From IMG/VR virus record IMGVR_UViG_3300039366_000108: a stretch of 18,579 nt of DNA; one strand, given 5' to 3'. Below are positions 1 to 7,303 of this stretch, piece after piece. Position 1 is the stretch's first letter, and the number at the start of each line of letters is the position of its first letter. Below the pieces are notes generated by a model. It had not been told where the DNA came from, did no database searches, and saw nothing but the letters and a program-made list of their open reading frames with translations. A program made the position numbers and the translations under genes. This DNA is from a virus. Lineage: Duplodnaviria > Heunggongvirae > Uroviricota > Caudoviricetes.

Positions 1-2
1 AC

Positions 3-716
3 CGTGCGCTGGTCAGTGAAATGCTGCGTATGGATAAATACATCGACATGCTGATCCCGCGTGGTGGCGCTGGTTTGCATAAACTGTGCCGCGAACAGTC
101 GACGATCCCGGTGATCACAGGTGGTATAGGCGTATGCCATATTTATGTTGATGAAAGTGTAGAGATTGCTGAAGCATTAAAAGTGATCGTCAACGCGAAA
201 ACTCAGCGTCCGAGCACATGTAATACGGTAGAAACGTTGCTGGTGAATAAAAACATCGCCGATAGCTTCCTGCCCGCATTAAGCAAACAAATGGAGGAAA
301 GCGGCGTGGCATTACACGCAGATGCAGCTGCGCTGGCGCAGTTGCAGACAGGCCCCGCGAAGGTGGTGGCTGTTAAAGCGGAAGAGTATGACGATGAGTT
401 TCTGTCATTAGATTTGAACGTCAAAATCGTCAGTGATCTTGACGATGCCATCGCCCATATTCGTGAACACGGCACACAACACTCCGATGCGATCCTGACC
501 CGCGATATGCGCAACGCCCAGCGTTTTGTTAACGAAGTGGATTCGTCCGCTGTTTACGTTAACGCCTCTACGCGTTTTACCGACGGCGGCCAGTTTGGAC
601 TAGGTGCGGAAGTGGCGGTAAGCACACAAAAACTCCACGCGCGTGGCCCAATGGGGCTGGAAGCACTGACCACTTACAAGTGGATCGGTATTGGTGATTA
701 CACCATTCGTGCGTAA
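3..716 (+). CDS. proA: gamma-glutamyl phosphate reductase, C-terminal part (5' end lies outside the window)
   Basis: Open frame from position 3 to TAA at 714-716; translation ...[52 protein letters not shown]... recognised as enterobacterial ProA C-terminus; typical core GC content. Confidence 0.9.
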   Translation, partial: RALVSEMLRMDKYIDMLIPRGGAGLHKLCREQSTIPVITGGIGVCHIYVDESVEIAEALKVIVNAKTQRPSTCNTVETLLVNKNIADSFLPALSKQMEESGVALHADAAALAQLQTGPAKVVAVKAEEYDDEFLSLDLNVKIVSDLDDAIAHIREHGTQHSDAILTRDMRNAQRFVNEVDSSAVYVNASTRFTDGGQFGLGAEVAVSTQKLHARGPMGLEALTTYKWIGIGDYTIRA

Positions 717-765
717 ATAAAACCGGGTGATGCAAAAGTAGCCATTTGATTCACAAGGCCATTGA

Positions 766-833
766 NNNNNNNNNNNNNNNNNNNNNNNNNNNNNNNNNNN
801 NNNNNNNNNNNNNNNNNNNNNNNNNNNNNNNNN
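766..833. other. Run of 68 N (assembly gap or masked sequence)
   Basis: Seen directly; it removes the 5' flank and first two nucleotides of the tRNA. Confidence 0.95.
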
Positions 834-907
834 CGATATAGCTCAGTTGGTAGAGCAGCGCATTCGTAATGCGAAGGTCGTAGGTTCGACTCCTATTATC
901 GGCACCA
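832..907 (+). tRNA. thrW: tRNA-Thr (anticodon CGU), thrW-like; first 2 nt fall inside the N-run
   Basis: Visible 834-907 reads CGATATAGCTCAGTTGGTAGAGCAGCGCATTCGTAATGCGAAGGTCGTAGGTTCGACTCCTATTATCGGCACCA, with D-loop, anticodon loop containing CGT, T-loop GGTTCGA and CCA end; location just downstream of proA. Confidence 0.85.
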
Positions 908-909
908 TT
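891..909. repeat. attL core: tRNA 3'-end segment tcctattatcggcaccatt, repeated at attR
   Basis: 18 of 19 nt identical (one G missing) to 17775-17792. Confidence 0.55.
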
Positions 910-998
910 CTAACGTCTCCCCAAGTCTACTCAAGTATTTAAAAAACTCTTATAATCCGCATGTTAGCGCCCCTTTTAGTCTTTTGATGTCTACTTAA

Positions 999-1073
999 GT
1001 ACCCCAAAATCTACAGTCAATTGGGGGTACTTTTGGGGGTATTTGCTGTTCGGTTTAGTGGAGGTACCCCCAA
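999..1073. promoter_or_regulatory. Left arm-type site cluster: GTACCCCAAAA (999-1009), TTGGGGGTAC+TTTTGGGGGTAT (1021-1042), inverted GTACCCCCAA (1064-1073) abutting the int start
   Basis: Repeated GGGGGTA-containing motifs in both orientations between the tRNA and the int start codon; the identical 22-mer recurs at 17693-17714. Confidence 0.5.
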
Positions 1074-2288
1074 GTGAAACTCAATGCCCGTCAAATAGAC
1101 ACTGCCAAGCCAAAAGAGAAGGCTTACAAGCTGGCTGATGGTGGTGGTCTGTATCTCTTGGTAAAACCTAGTGGAGGAAAATATTGGCGCTTCAAATATC
1201 GTGTAGCTGGTAAAGAGAAGCTGTTAGCACTAGGTGTGTATCCTGAAGTTACCTTGGCTGATGCTCGTGCAAAACGTGAAGAAGCTAAAAGGGGGATCGC
1301 TGGGGGTATCGATCCGATGGAAGCGAAACGAGAGGAAAAGATTGCCCGGGAAACGCAGTTAAACAACACCTTCAAAGATATTGCCCTTGAGTGGCACAGC
1401 AGCAAATTAAAAAAATGGTCTGCTGGTTATGCTTCAGACATCCTCGAAGCCTTCAACAAAGATGTGTTCCCTTACATTGGCAAAAAACCAATCGCCGAAA
1501 TCAAACCACTTGAACTGCTGAATGTGCTGCGGCGCATCGAGGGGCGCGGTGCTACCGAAAAAGCCAAAAAAGTGAGGCAGCGATGCGGGGAAGTTTTCCG
1601 CTATGCAATTGTCACTGGACGTGCTGAGTATAACCCTGCACCGGATCTCACCAGCGCGATGCAAGGTCATGAATCTAATCATTATCCTTTCCTCACAGCC
1701 AAAGAATTACCTGATTTTTTCAAGGCATTGTCCAGTTACTCAGGAAGTGCATTGGTTGTTATGGCGGCTCGTCTACTGATTATCACCGGTTTGCGGACTG
1801 GCGAACTGCGCGGTGCATTATGGGATGAAATCGATCTCAACAAGGCTATCTGGGAGATACCTGCTTCACGGATGAAAATGCGTCGCCCTCATGTGGTGCC
1901 TTTGTCTAAGCAGGCTCTTTCGCTTATTGGGCAGATTAAAGAATTAACTGGCAATTATCCGCTTATGTTTCCCGGCCGTAATGATCCAAGGAAAACAATG
2001 AGCGAGGCTAGCATAAACCAAGTATTTAAACGCATCGGCTATAACGGAAAGGTTACTGGTCATGGATTCCGGCACACCATGAGCACCATTTTGCATGAGC
2101 AGGGCTATAACACCGCGTGGATAGAGACACAGCTCGCACACGTCGATAAAAACTCAATTCGTGGCACATACAACCATGCGCAATATCTGGATGGTCGCCG
2201 GGAGATGCTCCAGTGGTATGCCGACTATATGGATTCGCTCGAGCATGGCGGAAATGTGGTGCATGGTGAGTTCGGAAAATGCGGGTGA
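1074..2288 (+). CDS. Tyrosine recombinase/integrase, P4-type (IntA-like)
   Basis: GTG start 9 nt after GGAGG; N-terminal arm-binding-like region (KLADGGGLYLLVKPSGGKYWRFKYR); C-terminal catalytic motifs HGFRHT...LAH...RGTYNHAQY; transcribed away from the tRNA. Confidence 0.9.
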   Translation: MKLNARQIDTAKPKEKAYKLADGGGLYLLVKPSGGKYWRFKYRVAGKEKLLALGVYPEVTLADARAKREEAKRGIAGGIDPMEAKREEKIARETQLNNTFKDIALEWHSSKLKKWSAGYASDILEAFNKDVFPYIGKKPIAEIKPLELLNVLRRIEGRGATEKAKKVRQRCGEVFRYAIVTGRAEYNPAPDLTSAMQGHESNHYPFLTAKELPDFFKALSSYSGSALVVMAARLLIITGLRTGELRGALWDEIDLNKAIWEIPASRMKMRRPHVVPLSKQALSLIGQIKELTGNYPLMFPGRNDPRKTMSEASINQVFKRIGYNGKVTGHGFRHTMSTILHEQGYNTAWIETQLAHVDKNSIRGTYNHAQYLDGRREMLQWYADYMDSLEHGGNVVHGEFGKCG

Positions 2289-2386
2289 CTGGTTGAGTAT
2301 ACAGTAGTAGACTTTGAGCACCTAAAAAGGCTGATGCAAACAGAGCTGGCTCGGCCTTAACATTAGACCGCTTGAAGGGGGAGAAT

Positions 2387-3103
2387 ATGCCAATTGTGGA
2401 AAACATTCCTGACTTATCCCACTGGCGAACAGTACAGGAGTTTTCTATCACCCAGGCCGCTTTATTGTTGGCCGGAATTGATCCTTATGATTACCCTACT
2501 CTTGAACATGTCAGAGATAATAAACATGAACGTTGGAAAATGGCATGGGGGTTGGCTAATGGAATGGTAACAGCCATCCGTCGTGGTGTCTTAACTCCTG
2601 TTGAATGTACCTCTGAAATAGTTGAATACGATAATTGGGGAAATGTTTGTGATATTGAGTACAAACGTCTGACATCAGCGCAACTGACCGATCGTGCATA
2701 TGAGATAAGCAAGGATAAAACTTTAATTAGTCGCCATTCTTTATATGAGTGGATAAAAAATGAGAGCGTTGATTTTGCGAGATGCCCTCGCCCTATACCT
2801 GTTAAGGAAGTTAATCCGCCAGCAATCATTGAATCATCTCATCAGGTAATTAATCCTGACGAGTATTTGTGTACTTATGGGCATAAGAGTGATGGGTTGG
2901 AGTATGTGCAGGATGCTATAAGAGAACTATGGTCGACGTATGACCCAGATGACCCACAGACGGCTCCGACAGAGCATGAGGTACTTGAATATTTGAAAAA
3001 AAGGGGGGCGGGTTCTAATGTTGCTAGGGCTGTGAATCTGATTTTAAGGCCTGAACATCTGAAGCGTATTGGTAGAAGACCAAAAAAACAAAAAGTTAAA
3101 TAG
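2387..3103 (+). CDS. Hypothetical protein (238 aa) between int and alpA
   Basis: ATG preceded by AAGGGGGAG; ORF track extends to TTG at 2372; lysine-rich basic C-terminal tail; no family recognised. Confidence 0.55.
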   Translation: MPIVENIPDLSHWRTVQEFSITQAALLLAGIDPYDYPTLEHVRDNKHERWKMAWGLANGMVTAIRRGVLTPVECTSEIVEYDNWGNVCDIEYKRLTSAQLTDRAYEISKDKTLISRHSLYEWIKNESVDFARCPRPIPVKEVNPPAIIESSHQVINPDEYLCTYGHKSDGLEYVQDAIRELWSTYDPDDPQTAPTEHEVLEYLKKRGAGSNVARAVNLILRPEHLKRIGRRPKKQKVK

Positions 3104-3358
3104 TGGTCGCTATTCCAGAAAAATGGTGGTTTCCTTTCAAAAAAAAGTAACCACCAATGCAGATTAAATCGTAAGAACAGTAATTTTTCTTCGTGTTTCA
3201 CGTCAGCATGATACTTAAAATAGTAAACGCCATTATTAAAAAAAGGTGGAGCTATTTCACTGAAATGGTATTCGCCATTCATAATGGTAAGCATCTATAA
3301 ATATCACTTTTCTTAATGCAAGCTATGTACACCTTTATAGACGTTACAAGGTGAATAT

Positions 3359-3556
3359 ATGGCAAACTCTCTTATTCGTTTAACGGAAGTTCAGCGTAGA
3401 ACTGGATATAGCAAGGCATGGATTTATCGCCTTATGGGGCAAGGTAAATTTCCTGCATCAGTTAAAATTGGCTCGCGAGCTATTGCTTTCGTTGAGAGTG
3501 AAATTGACGAGTGGATTAATCAGCGTATTGCGGAATCACGCGGAACAGCTACCTGA
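3359..3556 (+). CDS. alpA: AlpA-family phage transcriptional regulator/excision activator (small HTH)
   Basis: 65 aa; motif LTEVQRRTGYSKAWIYRLMGQGKFP...EIDEWI typical of AlpA family; SD AGGTGA upstream. Confidence 0.8.
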   Translation: MANSLIRLTEVQRRTGYSKAWIYRLMGQGKFPASVKIGSRAIAFVESEIDEWINQRIAESRGTAT

Positions 3557-3634
3557 TTAAATGGCTACGGGGCCAGAAGCCCCAACTATCCACCAGCAAA
3601 TAAAAAGTAACTTAATTCGAAAGCAGGAGTTTTT

Positions 3635-4483
3635 ATGAAACAGCGAAAAACGCCCGTACAGGGGCAGGGCTTCGTTCGGCCTGAAAACCAGAATCTGCAA
3701 AATTTCGGCGAAATTATCCCGGTTATTTCCGGCGTTATTGGCGGACGTGAAACCAATATTGTTAGCGCCAGAGCGTTGCATAAGGCGCTGGGTGTGAAGC
3801 GTGATTTCACAACCTGGATTAAAGGACGCATTGATGAGTACGGATTTAAAAAGGGCGTGGATTTTGAAGTTGTAGATAATTTGTACTTTGATTCCCCGAA
3901 ACGGGGGAACCAAAGTGTAAATATTGAACAGTTTGATTTTGATTGGACAACAAAGCGCGGCGGTGATCGTCGCAGTGAAGACTATTTGATCTCCACGAAC
4001 ATGGCGAAAGAACTGGCGATGGTCGAGCGCACCGAACAGGGCCGCGCCGTTCGTCAGTACTTCATCAAATGCGAGGAGGAGCTACACAAGGTAGCGCCAG
4101 TGCGTTCCGCAGCGTTACGCCGGGAACTGAAAGCCCGTATCTCCGTTGCCAGCTACTTTAAGCCGATGTGTGCCGCGCTGGAGGCGTACCGGGCTGAACT
4201 GGGTAAAAACACACTCCAGCACCACTACACCACGGAAGCCAATATGCTGGCGCGTATCGTGCTGGGTGGCATGACTGCAAAACAGTGGACGCAGGCGAAC
4301 GGCATCACAGGCGAACCACGCGACCACATGAGCACGTTGCAGCTTGAGCACCTTTCTTACCTTGAGCAGAGCAATATCACGCTGATTGAGTTAGGCCTGG
4401 ACTACCACCAGCGGAAAGCTGAATTAATTCGTCTTTCGCAGCGTTGGTTAGCCCGTCGCATGGAGGAAAACAGCCATGTGTAA
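3635..4483 (+). CDS. Phage antirepressor-like protein (AntA-like N-terminus, KilA-C-like C-terminus)
   Basis: SD AGGAG 5 nt upstream; FTTWIKGRIDEYGFKKGVDF motif (AntA-like) and DYLISTNMAKELAMVERTEQGRAVRQYFIKCEEEL (KilA-C-like). Confidence 0.7.
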   Translation: MKQRKTPVQGQGFVRPENQNLQNFGEIIPVISGVIGGRETNIVSARALHKALGVKRDFTTWIKGRIDEYGFKKGVDFEVVDNLYFDSPKRGNQSVNIEQFDFDWTTKRGGDRRSEDYLISTNMAKELAMVERTEQGRAVRQYFIKCEEELHKVAPVRSAALRRELKARISVASYFKPMCAALEAYRAELGKNTLQHHYTTEANMLARIVLGGMTAKQWTQANGITGEPRDHMSTLQLEHLSYLEQSNITLIELGLDYHQRKAELIRLSQRWLARRMEENSHV

Positions 4484-5155
4484 CGCTCTGACCGTTACAA
4501 AAAGAGAAAGCGCCCCGTTGCCGGAGCGCCTTTGTGAACGAATAGCCTACTGCGCCATATTGCTTACTGTCTACGAGGCAGATTATAGCGTTGTGGTCGC
4601 ACAGAGTGAAGGCGCTGATCACCGTTACTACAGCACGCCAGAAATGCAGAATATTTTGCTGCAAAATGTCGTTGGTCACGCTGTCCGGAAAGCAAAAAAT
4701 TTTGCTGGTGGCGCGACTGATGCGATTTTGTCAGGTCGCAAGGTGATGATCAATCTGATGTCTAATTTCGTTCTGGATAAAACAAAGGCGACCGCAGAGG
4801 GCCACCAGTGGGAAAGCTACACACTTGAACACATCGCCAACAATGCCAGATTTGCGGCTGGTGGGCAATGTGATCAGTGTGCTGGCTTGCTGGTGGGCTA
4901 TTCCTGCTCTTTAACATTGCCATGCCGCGATGTTTTCCAGGTATGCGACCCCATTTTTGTGCGCCTGTACTCTTTAAGGAATTTCTCAAGGATAAACGCA
5001 CAGGGCGCGAATCTGTCTGACTCATATTCGTACGTTATCTTTCTGCGCTGTCTTTTCCGTGCCGGTGATGGTGTATTGGTCGATTCTTTGTTGGTCATTC
5101 TGTGTACCTGTAAAGCAATGCGCCGGAGTTCCTCACACCACGGCGATGATAGTTA

Positions 5156-5461
5156 TTATTCTGATTCTTTGGCCTTGCGGCGCTGGAGTTCTTCACGTGC
5201 GACGGTGACGAGCTGCCCGATCTCCTCGACAGCTTTGACTCCGATTTTTTCCACCTGCGCCAGTGCATTGAGCGAAGAAACCAGGGGATTTTCTCCGCTT
5301 CCTTCTGCCTGGCGGCGGGCGATCTCACCACGCATGGCGGTTACTATGAATCCGGCGTTGCTTTCGCCGTCCAGTTTTACGGATTCCATGCCTTCAAAAG
5401 CATCATGTGGGATACGAATTGAAATCTGTTTTGATTTGTCGTTGATAGTGTTTTTTGCCAT
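5156..5461 (-). CDS. Putative ribbon-helix-helix DNA-binding protein (candidate repressor), 101 aa
   Basis: Strong SD AGGAGA 7 nt before ATG (MAKNTINDKSKQISIRIPHDAFEGMESV...); beta-strand-helix-helix-like N-terminus; divergent from the rightward operon with operator dyads between. ORF track start at 5500 is probably too long. Confidence 0.6.
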   Translation of the reverse strand: MAKNTINDKSKQISIRIPHDAFEGMESVKLDGESNAGFIVTAMRGEIARRQAEGSGENPLVSSLNALAQVEKIGVKAVEEIGQLVTVAREELQRRKAKESE

Positions 5462-5483
5462 GTGCATTCTCCTAAACAAAAGA

Positions 5484-5560
5484 TGTGATTCAGTATACAC
5501 AAAAAAGAATCACAAAAAATACTTGACCTGTGATTCAGTTAAATTTAATTTAAATCACAC
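5484..5560. promoter_or_regulatory. Operator/promoter region: four TGTGATTC half-sites in alternating orientation, overlapping a candidate rightward promoter (TTGACC 5523-5528, TAATTT 5546-5551)
   Basis: TGTGATTCAG at 5484-5493 and 5529-5538; inverted GAATCACA at 5507-5514 and AATCACAC at 5553-5560; about 23 bp periodicity. Confidence 0.45.
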
Positions 5561-5648
5561 CTCAGTAAGAGGATATAAACGACAACGCCCCGAACTGTTT
5601 GCGGCAGTAGCGGGGCGTCTAACCAAACCGTTAAATGAGGTAACGATT

Positions 5649-6014
5649 ATGGCTGGGGCACAGCATACCCAAACTCACCCTAAATTTATATACACCTTCC
5701 TGGCGGTGCACCGTGATTGCATGGCTGACGGTAAAAACACTGTTCATGTAGCCGCCGATACGCTGGTTGATGCCTGCGAGATGCTCAATGACATGGGCTA
5801 TATCTCGGCAACATGGAAAGGGCGCGAAGAAAACACGTTGTTTATTCAGAAATGCGAAAACAATTTTATCTGGCGTTTTATCGCCCTGAGTACGGCACAA
5901 CCGCGCGTGATTCACATCGAGGCCACCAGCGAACAGGAAGCACGCCAGCAATCTCCTGATGGCTGCGTGATGGTATTCGCTGCCCGTATTCGCCAGGAGG
6001 TGGAGCATGTGTAA
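5649..6014 (+). CDS. Hypothetical protein, first gene of rightward operon (121 aa)
   Basis: SD GAGGTAA upstream of ATG; stop overlaps next start (ATGTGTAA). Confidence 0.55.
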   Translation: MAGAQHTQTHPKFIYTFLAVHRDCMADGKNTVHVAADTLVDACEMLNDMGYISATWKGREENTLFIQKCENNFIWRFIALSTAQPRVIHIEATSEQEARQQSPDGCVMVFAARIRQEVEHV

Positions 6015-6231
6015 TGCAACATGGCCTGATGCAGCGGTAGACGCTATCAAAACGCTGATGGATTCACTTATTGAGATTTCTGCTATCGCTGGTGTGGCGC
6101 ATAAACACGCAGCCAGAGAATCAGAATGCATCTCCCATTATTTAGCATTTGTGCAGTTGAAAGCCGATCAGGCACTGGATAAGGCCGGAAAAATTATCAT
6201 GGCTGATGTACAGGAGGTGCACCATGCATAA
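6007..6231 (+). CDS. Hypothetical small protein (74 aa)
   Basis: Start overlaps upstream stop; same frame-chain of coupled ORFs. Confidence 0.5.
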   Translation: MCNATWPDAAVDAIKTLMDSLIEISAIAGVAHKHAARESECISHYLAFVQLKADQALDKAGKIIMADVQEVHHA

Positions 6232-6589
6232 CCTGTCAATTTCTGACCTTAACAGCATTCAGTTTGACGAGATATTTTCCGGGCAGCTACTGGTCAACGT
6301 GGAGAATGGACGCGTGGTAAGTAATTATCACCTGCCGGATGGTGCAATTGCCGGAAGCGTTGAAGCATTGCTGGAACTGGCGGAACGTGCGCGACTGATT
6401 AAGCCGTCAACGTGCCATCACGATGATGATCTGCATTTTACCGGGTGTATGGTGAGTCACTACGAAAACGGCGTTGAAGTATCCTGCGAACGTCTGCGTG
6501 ATGATTGCTGTTTCGGCACACTGCCGGAATTTATCGAATTGCTGACCAGTTGCGGTTATCAGGTCATTCAGGGGGGTAAACATGCGTGA
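6224..6589 (+). CDS. Hypothetical protein (121 aa)
   Basis: ATG preceded by AGGAGG; overlaps upstream stop (ATGCATAA); ORF track start at 6206 is probably too long. Confidence 0.55.
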   Translation: MHNLSISDLNSIQFDEIFSGQLLVNVENGRVVSNYHLPDGAIAGSVEALLELAERARLIKPSTCHHDDDLHFTGCMVSHYENGVEVSCERLRDDCCFGTLPEFIELLTSCGYQVIQGGKHA

Positions 6590-6815
6590 TGATCGTTTTA
6601 ATTCCCTGAAACAGGAGTTTGATGGCGCACCGGAAGATACATCGGGCGCATTGTTGAGCATTGCTGACATGATGAAAGCTGCATATTTTCTTATCAATAC
6701 CAGTGGCTACAAGTCAGAGGGTGAAATGATTCTTAGTATTGCGTCGGACTATGCTGAATATGTGGCAGAGACGCGTTACAGAAGAAAATCTCTGGAGGAT
6801 GTAAGCCATGCATAA
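6582..6815 (+). CDS. Hypothetical small protein (77 aa)
   Basis: Start overlaps upstream stop; coupled operon. Confidence 0.5.
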   Translation: MRDDRFNSLKQEFDGAPEDTSGALLSIADMMKAAYFLINTSGYKSEGEMILSIASDYAEYVAETRYRRKSLEDVSHA

Positions 6816-7008
6816 TCATGAAGCGCATGTACCCGTAGTGCTTAATGTGCCAGATGATTTCACCGGACGCGTGCTGGTTTACCTTGATAAAGAAAAAGTG
6901 AAATCACAATGCCGACTGAAAAGTAATGAGATTGTTGGTTCTCCTGAATTTTTTTCTGAACTTTGTATTCGTGCGGAAATAAAACCGGAACTGCTGACAG
7001 GAAAATAA
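6808..7008 (+). CDS. Hypothetical small protein (66 aa)
   Basis: Start overlaps upstream stop (ATGCATAA). Confidence 0.5.
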   Translation: MHNHEAHVPVVLNVPDDFTGRVLVYLDKEKVKSQCRLKSNEIVGSPEFFSELCIRAEIKPELLTGK

Positions 7009-7012
7009 AACC

Positions 7013-7303
7013 ATGAAAAAGAAAAATTCTGGCTTTACTGCCAGCGGCCTCTCTCGGCCTGAAATCCGCCCCGGTGATATTTTCCGGGACACCAGACGCG
7101 GGGGACGGGTGGTTATTCGTCACGTTACGCCAGGCAATATCACCTACCGCCGTGAGGCTTACGAATATGACTGCGTAATGCCGCGCCGTCAGTTTGAGCG
7201 TGATTTTATTCTGGTGGAAAACAAACAACAGGCAGTGGCGAGACGTGCAGCCACGAATATTAAAAAAATCCGGGCAATGTTGGTTGCGGGAGGTAAGAAG
7301 TGA
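7013..7303 (+). CDS. Hypothetical basic protein (96 aa)
   Basis: SD AGGAAAA upstream; stop overlaps primase GTG start (GTGA). Confidence 0.55.
   Translation: MKKKNSGFTASGLSRPEIRPGDIFRDTRRGGRVVIRHVTPGNITYRREAYEYDCVMPRRQFERDFILVENKQQAVARRAATNIKKIRAMLVAGGKK

Noticed and set aside
766-833. N-run as a biological feature
   Set aside because: Ambiguity codes are an assembly or masking artefact; nothing can be inferred about the tRNA 5' flank.
1124-3294. Minus-strand ORFs overlapping int and the 238-aa gene (1124-1405, 1434-1682, 1944-2141, 2053-2451, 2491-2829, 2875-3294)
   Set aside because: All are antisense to well-supported genes, lack SD sequences and have low-complexity or atypical composition.
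5484-5560. CRP binding sites (TGTGA ... TCACA)
   Set aside because: Half-sites are separated by 15-17 bp rather than the 6 bp of the CRP consensus; more consistent with operators for an element-encoded repressor.
4476-6014. 512-aa ORF on the plus strand reported by the ORF track
   Set aside because: It runs antisense through the well-supported RHH gene (5156-5461) in the stop-poor wobble-aligned frame, is Ser-rich and low-complexity there, and crosses the operator region. Only its last part (5649-6014, with its own SD) is accepted as a gene.
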